From positions 61,318,001-61,382,000 of the forward strand of contig CM060732.1 of the NCBI GenBank assembly GCA_030704615.1: a stretch of DNA of 64,000 nt, in the 5' to 3' direction. The stretch comes from Takakia lepidozioides (lineage: Eukaryota > Plantae > Bryophyta). How positions within the stretch are numbered: position 1 is the stretch's first letter; each line of letters starts with the position of its first letter. The notes below the pieces were generated by a model that saw only the letters and a program-made list of their open reading frames with translations, did not search any database and was not told the DNA's origin. The position numbers and the translations under genes were made by a program. This document shows positions 35,775 through 49,454 of this stretch, piece after piece.

Positions 35775-36149
35775 TCTCTCCCTGGCCTCTGCCCTCCCCC
35801 CTTGCTGTCATGCTTGTGTTTTCTGTGCATTTCTTTCCTGGTTGTCATGTGAAAAGGAGACATCCCACTGTCTTCCTAGACATTGTGCACACACTTCCAG
35901 GAAGGTTTTTGAATGGCCAATTGGGTACACCAGTTCTCCATCGCTCAGTGCCTCATTGTTTGTCTCCTGATGCTCTGTCAGAAGTTCCACAGAAGAGAGA
36001 TAGATGGCACTAATGGGCTTTTAATTGCCAGAGATGTTACATCCATTTTTGATAGAGAGGGGGATCAACGTATCTGTAGGCTAGGGCATTTTCATATTGT
36101 GATATTCTGCCCTTTTTGGGGGGCTGGGCCGCTGGGGCTGGGGAGATCC

Positions 36150-37000
36150 TTGATACTCAGCAAGAGGCAGATGTAGTTTATGGCATTTGTCAAGGTCTTA
36201 CAATCAGTAGGCACATTCTTCTTTGCAAAACGGCTAGCAAAGGTTTTCGAGGAACTACTGATTTTCCAGCTTTCTGCTGTCATGGATCTGTCCACTAGAT
36301 TTGACTCTCCATAAGTGGAAGTCAAATCAACAACCAATAAAGCAACATACAAAGGTTTGATCCTGCACTTGTGGAAGCATCTGGTTTTCAATGAGGATTT
36401 TTGGAACTGGCAGAGGATGTTGTTCTGGTCATACTATGATCTCTTGAGACAACGAATGCAAGCGGGTGAAATATTGCTAGACCACATAAATGTAGGTGCA
36501 GCTCTGCCGGGAAGACCTAAGCTACATGTTCCAGCTAGCATCAGCAGGAAAGTCGCAGGAAAGCGCATCCCAAATTGCAGCAGTGAAGTCTCCGCAGAAT
36601 ATACGTTGAGTTTCTGGCACTGGAACCTCTTTGAAGGCTCTTTGAAGCCTGGCATGGAGGTCTCTCCAAACCATATCTACAAGCCATCTCCTCAGACAAA
36701 GCAGTGATATTTCAAAATACCATGTGCCAAGTTCTGGCAGTGAGGTCTCTGTAATCCGAAACCCCCAATGACAGTAGTGATGTACTTAAAACCTATCTCC
36801 CCAGTTTTGCTAGTGAACTCCGGATACCTAGTCATGAAGTGCCCAGTCTGAGCAATATGGTCTCTACAAAAGCACTCCGCCCTATACAGCAGTTGTCTCT
36901 AGAAACTGTTGACCACACTTCTGAGAACCTATTTTCATGTCAAGCTAGTTATGCCAGTGGTAGTTTACTTTTGTTGACCCATGTTTTGGGATGAGCATGG
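36150..37000 (-). pseudogene. Possible highly decayed LINE (L1/Tx1-like) APE endonuclease relic
   Basis: Minus-strand fragments in order: IFCGDF (cf. GDFN), TFMWSSN (cf. FTWSN), TRLHS (cf. SRLDR), WKISSS (cf. WKLNxS). Interrupted by stops and frameshifts. Confidence 0.3.
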
Positions 37001-38894
37001 TGTGATGAAGAAGGTTGAAGTCCAAAAGGATTGCTAAGTTGGCCATGGGCGTTCTCTGACAGGAGCCTCTGAGGAGCCCATACGAGGAGATGAGGCATGA
37101 GAATGGAATGGCATTTATTGCTGTTTCCCAGTCCCATGCCAATCACTTCTCCTTGGAGGAGAAGAGTCTCCTAGACCCTCTAATGACACTTCCACCTATA
37201 TGCATACCTTAGTGAATGTCAGACCAACCCAATGCAACCAGTGCACGCCGACAACGCCAAAGGGAAGCTTCTAGCACACCAAGGGAGGGATTTCTGACAT
37301 GCTTGTACTTTCAGATCCACCATTAGGAGGGGCACCTCTCGCAATATGTGATGACCAACAAAGCAGACAAGTTAGCACCAAAGCTCACATTGCTGCATAC
37401 ACATTGAAACCACCAATTGAAGATCATGAGCTAAGAGGCCTTTGCACATATTAGAAGAATAAAGGTAGGTGAGACTCTCCCCAATGGTGAACTTTGTGAG
37501 GGCCCTCATTAAAGGGACTTCTAATGGGGTAAAACATTTGAAATAGAAAAGCAACAAGATTCCCTAGTTCTAGATGAGAAGATTGTGCAAAAAGCCAAGA
37601 AGTCCCTTTAAATACAACAGAACTTATATATATGTCAAATGACATCTCACAGGAGATATTGATGGTTATCCAAAGAATATACCAAGTATGGGTTTCTGAA
37701 GGGAGTTTCTTCAAATTCCATTACTCATAACTTGGAAGAGTGGGCGGCATGAGCAGGTCCTGTGTGGGTTCCGTGTTACTTTTCCATTCAAGCAAGACTT
37801 GTATTTTGATTCTCATATATGAGAATCCCACAAATATTGAATTTCAACAATTTGTCCATTTTAAGTTAGGCATTGATGCACACACCCCTGGTAACAAGCC
37901 TAGGCACAGCCTTGTGTGAGGTTATGATTGAGTTGTCTGTGTGAGCATGGTCCTCTTGCACACATTAATATAGCAAAGTGCGAGGACAATGAACAACATT
38001 GGGACAAAACATTATCTCATGTTGTTGTCGATCCTATGGAAGAACTTGATACGACAACTATATGCAATTTGAGGATGGGTTGGATCTTGTAGAGGGACGT
38101 GTCACGTCACTTTGAGCTGGAGTTTATTGAGTGCGATCACATCGCTTACTTTTGTAATATTGTATGCAATGGTTGCATTAGTGCTCTAAGGGGGCAATTT
38201 TGTCCTTGGTGCAGTGTAACCCGATCAAATCCACATATTGTTGCAACTAAACATAATTTGAGATATGGCGATACAATCATACTTGTACAATATGTTGGTA
38301 CAACAAACGCTTAACTTCATCATTCTCATTGTCCACTTATTAACAATATTATGAGAAAAGAGTTCCTTAAATCAATAGTAAGATTAATTGAACAATTCAA
38401 CAATGCTATCAAATACAATTATTAGAAAAGATATTATATATATATATGTAAATATGGTATTGCCAAGGATGTTTCATAGAACATATACAATAAAAGAAAG
38501 TTGCGACTAAATTTTATTTGGTGGTAGGAAATCATTTTGTCCTTTATCTTAAATATGATGATGTTATACTCGTGAATTTGTCATTTTTTATTGTATGGAG
38601 ACTTTGTATATTACTTCATCATTCAAGTTGTTAATTTATTTTGAAGATTTTCTATCCATAAATGATTGTCACTGATCTTCACATGTTAGATTGATTTATT
38701 ATTTACTCTTTATTTTAATCACGTTATAATTAACCATATGCAATTTCATCGTCAAGTACCTAATCCATTTGGGTTGCTCAAATGCATATTTTGAACTGAA
38801 ATTTTTCAATACAAACAGATTCTTATCATGTACATACATCATGTACAAATCTAAGTGTATCTTCTGGCTCACTCTAGGAAATATTGTGCTCCTC

Positions 38895-38968
38895 CAAGTT
38901 GTAGCTGAGTTGGTATTGAACGCATAGCGCCTCAGAAGTGGTTGTGGGTTCAATCCACCAATTGGTGT
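38895..38968 (+). mobile_element. tRNA-derived SINE-like head
   Basis: A box TAGCTGAGTTGG (38902-38913) and T-arm/B box GTGGGTTCAATCCCAC. Shares GTGGTT.TG.GTTC with 4866-4937 and 61638-61672. Confidence 0.6.
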
Positions 38969-39025
38969 CACAAAGGTGGACACCTTTTGTCAAAAGGCAG
39001 TAGGCCACCTTCCGGACGAAGAGAC

Positions 39026-39712
39026 CAGTGTTGGGCGGTTATGTAATATTTTTGATAACCCCCAGTTCAGGTTCTCTCTTTATTACTGTCTTCTAGGAAC
39101 CTCCGGTTCAGGTTATTTAGATTTTCAAGATTTTCAAGAACCACCGGAACCAGTTATTGTGTCTTTTCATGTCTTCTGGTTCTAATACATACCGGTTATT
39201 TGGTTACTTTCATATGCCGGTTAGCCAATCCGGTTCGGATATATTGTAAATCTAATAACCGGGATAGAATTGCCGGTTCTTGTAATGGTTATGGTTAGAA
39301 GAGCCTTACAGCTTAGGCACTTTGGTGAACTATAGCACTTCTAAATATATTCCAACACACTTTGTATGCATTCATATGATTCACAAAGAACTCTTCCTTA
39401 TCATTGTACCTAGAATAAGAGAGTAAACACGATATGCTGGCTAAACGTAGAACAAGTAACCGCTGGTTACCAGCAAGTATCATTAACTGTAACCGGGGGT
39501 CTCATCTTAACCCACACAGGTTAGGTTAATTTAAAACAATGTCTCATGCCTTGCCGGTTCCAAACCCAGGCGGTTATGGGGGCATGTGGGCCCCGCCGGT
39601 TCCTTGCATTGCAGGTTATTAAAGGATTTTAGAACCTCCGGTGCAGTGGGTATATATCCAGAGCCGGCCCCGCCGGTTATTGGTCACAAATACAGAGAAC
39701 CGCCCAACACTG
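39026..39712. mobile_element. Non-autonomous hAT-like MITE
   Basis: Perfect 15-bp TIRs CAGTGTTGGGCGGTT / AACCGCCCAACACTG with many internal AACCG/CGGTT subterminal repeats. The 8-bp flanks match only partially, so no clean TSD. Confidence 0.8.
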
Positions 39713-40232
39713 GTATGTACAATGGTATGGTTATATTTTTAATGGATGGTATCTTCGACAGTTACATTATATATTATGATTTTTAAAGGTTAACTTCATG
39801 TTATTTTTACATGTTTTTTATATTTGTAGCCACAAACCCCTGTTGTTAGTTATAAATTTATATTTTTGGTACATGGTTATATTATGGTGATCTGATGCCA
39901 GCAGCTCAAATCAGTGATGCCTCCGGCTGGGAGCCCAAAGATATATTGCTATTTTTAAATTGCACAAATGTGAATGAGGATAAGCACAAAAAAATTGTAT
40001 CATTACACATACCCATGCTAGCTTGGGTTCATCAATCCTCGATACGGGTCTCAAGCCGAGTATGAAAATAGTTCATACTTAGATTGGTATGGTAGGTAGG
40101 GGGTAGGTCTAGTGTTCAAAACCCGGGGTCCAGGGTATAGCCGGGATATACGCCCCAAGACATACCCAACTGGTATACCCTTACTCATACCAATGCACAT
40201 ACCCTAGCCGACTGGCTCATACTACAACACTG

Positions 40233-41700
40233 GTAGTGAAATCAATTGGAGACAGCGTCATGCTAGAAATCATAAGCTTAAACTCAATTAAAATCTATTC
40301 CAGGCTTTCTCCAAGTAACACCTCATTTAGGTAACATCTATGTTATTGAACAACTTATGAAAATTAAATGGATTAATTTTTCAGTTTATTATGGATGAAA
40401 GTAATTGATTCCGCTATTTATAAGGAGGAGCCATATGCAACTAGCCGTTTCTTGATATACTAACACTCATCTTTTTCAATAATACTCTCTCCCCCTCAAC
40501 CTGTTAACTGAGACGTCTACAAACAATGTTTTCTTTTTGTTTTCAAATTGTAAAGGCAACAAAGGCCGAAATGGATTGATAAAGGTAGAAAAAAATAACC
40601 ACCGGGGAGTGATGGCTTACATTGGAGGTACCACCCTCTACCAAGAAAAACAAAGCGAACGAAAAGCCACAATGAGCAGGACAAGAGACCGAGGGGAAAA
40701 TCCGTATGAGTCTCCCTGAATAACTCTCTGGCGCAAGAGTACAACCATTGACAAGCCTTCCTTGAAATAAACGTCACCTGAGTGACCTCCAAGTTGTCTC
40801 GGGGAATAGGTGGAAACCATACCACAGGAGCATTTTCTCCTCTAGGAATGCAAATAGGGCTGATGACTATGTCATGGTCATAATTATCAAATGCTTTCGC
40901 AGTATAGAGGTTGAACCCACATCTCCATGAATGATGTCAATAGGAATGTGGAAAACAAGTACCCATGATACAGTGTCGTCAGTGCGCCGTCGAGGATGAT
41001 AGAGCAAAGGATGCTCAAAAGCATGACGCAGACTGCTGCTCACATAAAACGTAGGTTGGGAAGAGAACTCACTCCTCATAATCGGAGGATTAATGCCAAG
41101 TTGACAAAAACTCTCCCACGATGAACTCCGCGGGCCATGATAAAGATAGATATATGGAGGTGACGAGGCGAAGGGGTCGTATGGGGTCGTCGGAGATAGT
41201 TAGCTATAACCTCATGTGTGCTAAACAGTGCAGAACGCTGAGCAATCGTCCTTGCTCGTCGTGGAGCCCCCTCTCTGGCTAATAAACGTAGAAATGAGCA
41301 CATCCAAACAGCAAACCTCCCGGAAGGAAGAACCGCCTAGAAGGTTGACCACCACCACCACCATGGTCTGACCTTCTACCCCTTCGACGGCCACCACGCT
41401 TTGATCCTCTACCACGTCGTCTGCGCTCCTTCCGCGCTTTGCTTCCTTACTATAATTATGAACTTTTTTGGTACGGCGACTCACCACTAGAGTAAACCCT
41501 TCAACATCGACAACAGTAAGTGTAAGTAGGCAGTCCACACATCTGCTAAAACCCTCAGACCTAGTACATCATAACCACCACGCAAAAAATACTCCACGCC
41601 GAACATAGACTCATGCACATCTCTTAGCGTTTGTAGAATATCTCTCACAACAAAATCTGAAGAAAACCTCCTCAAAAATTTGCTCAGAGTCGTGGCACAT
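40233..41700 (-). mobile_element. Internally deleted, decayed Ty1/Copia relic
   Basis: Minus-strand order: RG-rich gag-like stretch (~41400), integrase-like PIDIIHGDV (~40940), FVFLG (~40650), polypurine tract TGAGGGGGAGAG (~40486-40497), then an AT-rich LTR-like segment with TATAAATAG. No RT/RNase H or matching 5' LTR seen. Confidence 0.45.
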
Positions 41701-42559
41701 GAGCTGATTGATCATGCATCGACATCTTGCATCAAATCCTGCTCAATAGGTGATTCAGTGCTGTAGATGTATACAGTGGCTGCCAATTACATAGGTAGGG
41801 TTGTGTATAGTTGTCCAGGTATTCATGGTTATTTTTCATTTGTGTAGCATTTGGGGGGTAAGGTGGTGTCGGGCACCTCACATCGGTAAGCTCCCATTCA
41901 CGTCATAGTTACTCGCTTTCATGCGCGCACCTAACTCTCAAACTGGCTGCCGGGCCAACTCGGAACTTCGGCTGCTCACCGGGACATAACGGTCCCTCTT
42001 TACTCCCCCACAAGACCCTTGCTCAATTTGGGCCTAGTGGAAATTCCCTTTGGTTGTTGGCAGTCCGGAACAGCTCCCTACACCGCTTTCCGGCTCGCAC
42101 GCTTACTCACTAGTTTTTGGTCACCAACGGGCTTGTACCGTTCTCGGGGTTACTACTCCCTTTATATACATCTGTGACTGTCCGCGGGGGTTTCACAAAC
42201 AACCCAGTCATTTTATGGCGAACACCCATGAAGACCCTTGACTCCTAGTGATGAGTCACGGTGAGTCTTGGCCCACCCACCACGGCCCCATTGGACCGTG
42301 ATGAGTCCCAAGACTCCCCACGACTCTCACCACAAGGTCTCCGCCCCATGGTGAGTCCTTTGCCACCCCCACTAAGACCCACTAAGCTACCACCACCCCT
42401 CGTGGAACCACCCCCACCGCAACCCAGTGTGTGGGGCTCCACTTAGTGAGCGCCTCCGCTTGTTGCCACTGCCCCCACCATAGGGGCAGCCCTTCTTGTG
42501 TCCCGACCCCCCTGCCCTCAAGGCATAGGGCCGCGACACACACCCCTACCAACAGGGAG

Positions 42560-44181
42560 TCGATGTCCTCATCGACTTATCCATTTTGTAGAAACTAACA
42601 TCCAAGTTGTGGCGTCGGAATTCCGGTTGCATACATATTGTCAGCACGCAACCGAACATCAGACCTCATCCCGTGGATGTCAGCATTGCGTGATTCCCTC
42701 CTAACAAAAAAACCCAGTTGGCGCCCGAATGCCTTCATTGTGGACGATGTTGAAGTAGAAATCAATGCAATCCGGTATGCCACAGATTTTATTGTGCTCT
42801 CTGGTATCTTGCGTGGTCTGCTCCATGGTCCACAGTATGGTCTGCTATATGGTCTGCTTGGTGGTCTGCCTAATGTCCAACGCCATTCTGACTATGTGGT
42901 CCGTGCAGATCTGTTTTCACAGGGATAAGCATTTTCCTCTGCCTTTGGCATGTGCGCAAGGCCTGGGTCAAGCAATCATGCCAGAAAATTAGTGATCTGG
43001 GAACAGCCTCGAAACTGTTGGCAGATATGGGAGACCTTATGTACTGCAGAGGTGGACCTCATAAAGAAGACGAGGCTGTCAAATGGGTAAAGAAAAAATT
43101 GAGGGCAATGAAAAGAAATATCATGCGGGTCATTTGTTTCTCCACTACATTCATGTGTATTGGGTTCCCAAGATTGCGATATGGTGTACGGCTGCCCGGA
43201 ACATTCCACATGCAAGCCAAGATATGAATGCAAGCATTGAGGCATATCACGGTAACTTAAAGGCGAGATTGAATATGGGCAAAGGGAAAATGACGGGTCG
43301 GAGAGCCGACTGGCTCATATGGGATTTGACAGGGTGTGTCCTTATCCACTACTGGTACTCCATTCATCTGAAGACATATGGGTTCATTCGCAACGATAAA
43401 CAAGTAAAGTACATTTCCAGTGCAATATGTGCAGTCCGTGACATACCTCTGTCGCGTGTAAATTTGCCGAGCGGACCTAGCCAGCCAGCTTATGTTATCA
43501 GTTCCTCTGATCCAAACACTACCTACACGGTGCACAATCCCGAGTCGCAGTGGGCCTAATGCACATGCCCGTTGGCCCTGAAAGGACCTGAAAGGGAATA
43601 TGTGCAAGCACCAGGTTCGGGTCATAAAGTTGCTAAAACCATACTTGCAAGACAGACTGATTGTCCGTATATGCGGCACCCACCTCGGCACTGTTTACGG
43701 CAGATTGGTGAACCTGGACTCGCACGAGGACATGGGAGCATGCGATTTCGAAAGCGAACAGGAAAATGTGCTCCCAAGCGCAACCCCTGCCACCGTGGAG
43801 TCATTCCTCACTCCAGACCTGTTGGAAGCAATTTTAAAGCGGGAGATCAATGAGCTGCTCGACCAAGTACGCAACGATGCATACCTTATACACCATTGCT
43901 TGTCAGCAATGCGTGTTTGTCGAGGACAGATTCAGGACATCCTCGTCAAGCAAGCATCTGGCATGTTGTACCCTACTGTAGCACGAACGTTCAATCGCGT
44001 AAAAGACAACAATAATATGTCCTTGAAGAGGAAAAAAGATTTTGTGGAAATTTTTCAAATGCGTAGGAAAATGAAACTAAACGGGGCCAAACGGGTGTCT
44101 GCCCTTCCCCCTGTTAGCCATATTTACTCAACTCTGAGGCGGGAGTCTCATCGTCCAGAACTGAGAAAGAGAGACATTTGA
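42560..44181 (+). mobile_element. Mutator-like (MULE) transposase pseudogene with SWIM zinc finger
   Basis: WRPNAFIVDD..EINAIR, an intron at about 42775-42908, LCLWHVRKAW, NASIEAYHGNLK, RRADWL, and YTV...CTCP...MCKH (SWIM). In-frame stop at 43557-43559 and frameshifts. Confidence 0.8.
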
Positions 44182-46035
44182 CTATCATTTGCAGAAACAA
44201 TAAAGCAAACAACTCACCTACAGTAGACCAAGGCAACAGACCATGCCTGGGTTACCATCTGCCAAACCCTTTCCATTACAAAGCATTGATGAGGGACATG
44301 CAGTATAGTAGACCACGGAATAAAATAGACCAATGAAGTCTGCACGCAGCCAAAGCGGAGTAGTAGACCACGGTAGAACCCACACAGTAGTACACAATAA
44401 TCGTAGACTGAAGGGAGTGGACCAATAACACAATCGACAAACCAATGAAGTAGTAGACCAGGTCAGGCGTTGCGCGAATGAAGTGCAATCGACAGACAAA
44501 AGTCACAATCCACATACCTAAATAAAGCAGTAGACCAAGACAAATGTGTGTCCACCACGTGTGTAAACCACCACTGTGTTAGACCATGGTTGTCTGGAAA
44601 CCAAGACAATAGAACGTGGAAGGCAGTAGACCAATGAAACCCAACACAATAGACCACGGAAGGGAGTACACCATTAAACACCAAGACAGTAGACCATGCG
44701 AATGAGTACACCAATAACCCAATCGGCAGACCTGAACACTACACCAAGACCCAACACACAGAATGGAGTACACCAACAACAAGACAACAGACCAATGAAG
44801 CGCGACAACGACAGAAGTCAAGGACTAGACCACACCTAACATCGACAGACCTTCAGACCTAAAAACCTACAGACAGACAGACCTGCAGACGTTCCGTAAG
44901 CATACCAGCACGGCGGCAGACCAATGAAATGTTGAACCGACCATTTCAAAATCCGACCACTATTGTACACCATACAAAACTACAGAGCAGTCCATTGGAG
45001 CACCAAAATGGCAAGTCTTTCATTTATTGCCAGGCCTAGAAGAAACAACCCGCACATCATAAGAGTCTGACATGTCCGACACCCCATTCTCATATCCCAT
45101 TGGGTCGAAACATTATATCGCCAAAATGCTGCTTACAACTATGAATCATATTTCCATTGGTAAATTTTGTGAATTCAAGAATTTGTACTTGGTCCGCACT
45201 ACGACTTCAACATGATGAATTTTCTAGAATACCGGCCAATGAAAATATGCTAAGATCTAAGATAAATGTATATGGAATATGATACCACTGTAAGAGTATC
45301 AACTTATAAGAGTTCGTTATCCCTCACCTCTATCAAACGTACATCCCAATTTAAACATGATATTTTTGTAAGAGTATCGACACAAAATCCTTTTATGTAG
45401 TAATCTGATTTAATATCATGATCCGTTCGTGGGCTTACATTGGACTTAAAAATGACTGTGGCACTTCAACAACTCTTTCCAAATTTGTAAGAAATTATTA
45501 TCAAACGCCACAACCATTTTCTACTTGTGGATTGCGAATGCTCCCTATTAATATGTTCAAGAGGCATTAGAACTATTTTGTTATATTATTTATTTGCTTT
45601 TGTTTAAGAGGGGTTGCTGTGGCAAGTAGGATCTATGGGGATAGTTGCGATAGGCATACTCAAAGAGCATACTAGAAATCAATGTCAAAAATTAAGGATC
45701 GCTAAACTCCTATTATGCCTTTCGTTCAAGTGTCACCTCCTCTCCTCTTGCAAATTTACTTCTTATTATCCTTTCAACCGTTCCCATACATTGAATGTTG
45801 GTTCTCATTATAATCTTTTGTTACTGCCAGTTTATGTGTAAATATGAATCCTGCAACAAGTATTATTGTAACAAAACTACTATGGCAAGTGCATCAATTG
45901 ATGGGGGATTATGCAATCAACTTTATTGCTTCAGAACAACATTGGTGTACATGATGTGTAACTTACATGTTTGTCTTCATTTTTTCTCTTCTCTATCTTC
46001 CACCGTTTTTAATTCTATAGAGTATAGATCCTAGT

Positions 46036-47000
46036 CTACTTCTTCCTCTGGAATGTAAACCATTTAGAAGTAAAAGGCTTTCCTCTCTCCGCCCTATTAG
46101 CTTTGCCGCGATCGCCCTTTAGCCAGTCATAGAACCCCTTGATAAACGACATGACGTAAAAACCACATTCCCACGAGAAGGGTTGCTGCGGCACATCTGC
46201 GACATTAAACGAGAATGCAGTGGCCTCGTTCCACTCCGGGCTCATGTGCTTCAAACCAAGGCATTCTCCATACAATCTTTTTATCCAAGGCAGTATCTCC
46301 AAAGTGGTATGCAACTCCTTGATGGAGTTGAGATGAATGAACATACGTTTGACCCGGTCAATAATCACAAAACTCCAATGAGATCTGCCACATCGCACGA
46401 ACAGACGTATCAGCAGAGGTGACAAAAACACCCATTGACAGACCTACTGGTAAACCCACTGGTGGACCCATAGGCAGACACATTGACAGACCCACTCGTA
46501 TAGTCAGTGACAGACCCACTGTTAGAACCACGGACAAACCAACGAGTACACCACTGTTTGACAGGGCAAACCGTGCAGACCCAAGACAAGATCTTGGCAG
46601 ACCCATATAGGGCAAAGGGACACTTATCCATCAACTATTGGTACCAATATGTACTTGCAGGTCTTCAGGTCCTTCCCAATTCGTTGCACCGTCAATCCGC
46701 GCTATTTTGCCGACATGGGTTTGTAGTGTAGTGAAGATGCATTGGGATGCAGGCCAGGAACGGGTTCACTCGCAAGTGGAACAACACTACATATCGCGAC
46801 ATCCACATCATTCTCATAAAACCTACACCACAACTCAAGCAATCGGTCTGTAGCCTCGGATTCCTGTTTCTCTAAGGCTTTCAGGTCGTCCGTGGCAATA
46901 CTGCACTCAAAAGCTAGGTCGTTTTAAAGAAAAGTACAACATTGTCTTTCCACTCGCGATATGTGCAGCGAAAGTGGAGCCAATTTGGGCAGTGATCCTG
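46036..47000 (-). pseudogene. Ulp1-like (C48) SUMO-protease gene, transposon-associated
   Basis: KYILVPI (near 46640-46660), then after a repeat-rich intron SHWSFVII...HLNS...VPQQPFSWECGFYV, i.e. the His / (Asp->Asn) / Gln / Cys motif order of C48 proteases. One stop in the upstream exon. Confidence 0.75.
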
Positions 47001-48819
47001 CAGAAACTCGGAAAAACCCTTTTAGAAAAAAGACACGTTAGCGAACCCTCCACATTGTAGACCCATTCCCGTAGACCCATAGAGACCAGGGTGCCAATGG
47101 AGAAGTGCTAGAGCGCGATATGAGGGGAAGGAGCAGACCCCTAAGAGCAGACCCATTTTACTGCAACATCCTGCAGACCCATGATCCTGGTCTGCTCATA
47201 GGTGGCAGACCAACGCAAAGATTGAGAGACTTACTGGTGTTTATTACGGAGCTCCGCGACTTCGGTCTCCACTTCGAAACAGATCTTGCGGTCAACACTC
47301 ATGAACACTCCGGTCTTGACCTTTTTAGTAGTGCTTTTTTTGGGGGGAATTGGTTTTGCCACCGGGTCTGGTATGCGCTTCTTCCCAGCTGCTGACACCG
47401 TCACTCTGTCTGGTCAGCAGGTTTGTCCAACTTTCTTTCCAATGCAATGGTTGTCTCCTTCATACCCTCCCGGAGCTGGTTAGGTCAACTTCGCAACAAC
47501 ACCTTGTCTGGGGGTTTATTAACACTTTGTGGACCCGTTCTGGACGCTTCATGCAAACCATGGGTTGAACTGGCCCCAACAGTCGACGTAATCACCACTG
47601 GACCGCCCTTTGTGCTAGACCCCATGTTAACTACCTGTGACCGACGAGCTGAGACCTTAGACGCCACAACCTTCACACGATTGACAGACCACACAACATC
47701 AGCAATGCCAAAAGTACACATGACAATGTAACAGACTGCAAAAATGCAATGGAGTCACCTTTGGGGACGCTGTGGGTGTCTGCGATTCCGCCACTGTGGC
47801 AGACACTTCTTTGGAGTGTCTGCACCCAGCGAATGATAAGTGGCAGAAACCTCTATGTGGTCTGCCGCAAGGTCTATGCAAGCTTGCGCGAGGTCTGTCG
47901 ACCGTGATACAAGGTCTGCTGTGGGGTCTACCTTCTCCGCGACGGACTCCAACATAACAAGCACCCTATCAATAGACTTGTCTAAGGACATTAGGGGATC
48001 TACATCTGACTGAGGGTCCACAGACTTATAGGCATAACGTCCATAGATGCATTTGGGTCATCAGGGATTGTGACAGAGCAGAAAGGTCATTATACTGCCT
48101 GGGGGGTGCACTCCAGCCAATATGTACCAGCCACGTGTGTGCACAGGAGGGGGTATTTTAAACCCCCCCATGGTCTTTGAGAACCACCACGGTGCAGCTG
48201 AGCAGGCAGAGATTGAAACATGGCCTGCTAAGACCAAGCTGACCCTCCCAAGAACCTTGTAAACATCATGAAGAATACCATGCCCTGCGGTCGACCACCC
48301 ACCCACGAACGCGGGAGAGGAGGGGAGAGGAGAGGAGAGGAGGGAAAAGAGAGAGCAAAAAAATTGATACCGCGATTTGATCCTGCCGTGCATCGTAGCC
48401 TAAACGATGTCCTTACCACTAGACTACCCCTTAAAATTCCTCAACCCCCTCCTGTAGCATTATATTTAACGTGTTTTAAACCCCCCTATTTATGTATAAT
48501 GTTACCTGACTACAGCCATCAGCAGCACACATAAGAGATCATTTTGGAGGTCAAATCCTCCATGGGTCACAACACAAGGTCAAGGACAATGTGGTGAGGG
48601 CACCTTCTTCTTCGACCTATTTCACCCTGTTTTTCCCTCTCATCACACTCGGCGCCCCTGAATTTGCAACACGGAGCAGAGCTGATAAATGTATTTTAAA
48701 GATCCTTCACGATGGTGGGACAACTGCAGTCGCAAGGTGTGGCGTTTTTTAAGGTACGATGTGAAGAAGTTTGTCCATCCTGGAAATGCGGGCTCTTGCC
48801 TCCTGTTAGTACCATGATT

Positions 48820-49320
48820 TGGTATTCTTCCAGCCTAGGCCAGTCACATTCGTTTGTGTTTGCAATGCGTGTGTGATCCTGGCAGCCCTGGAAAATGAGG
48901 AAGAGGTCCATGGTGGCATCATCAAAGCTGGGATTGTATCAGATGTCAATCTGACCAATGTCGTGGTGGACATGTATGCCAAATGCGGGTGCATGAAGGA
49001 TGCATTAAAGGGGGTGTTGGGCAGTATGGCTGGACGGAATGTGGTGTCATAGAGCGTGATGGTGGCATGCTATAAGCGCTACAAGGGCAGCGGAGGGAGG
49101 CTTTGGAGACCTCTGAGCACATGTACAAGCTTGGTAGCCCTGGAGATTGGAGAAGAGGTCCACGGTGGCATCGTCAAAGCTGTAGTGATTGTATCAGATG
49201 TCATTATGAAAGCTGCCCTGGCGGACATGTATGTCAAATGTGGGTATATGTAAGATGCAAAGGGAGTGATGGGCAGCTAAGGGGCTGTGTATGCAATGTG
49301 GTGTCATGGAGCATAGTGAT
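48820..49320 (+). pseudogene. Decayed PLS-PPR gene fragment
   Basis: PVTFVCVCNAC..LAALE..EEVHGGIIKAGIVSDVNLTNVVVDMYAKCGCMKDA...RNVVS* with stops and frameshifts; similar to the motifs of the PPR gene at 27-2543. Confidence 0.85.
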
Positions 49321-49454
49321 GGAGCAAAGGTCGGGTTCCCCCCCCTGAGTTTGAATTAAGTCTAGTGCAGAGAGGGTGATTTAGGGGCTGAGCTTTGGCT
49401 CAGCCTCAAGATTCAGAAAGTTGGTGCATAGAGTCCATGCAAATGGAGTGCTGT

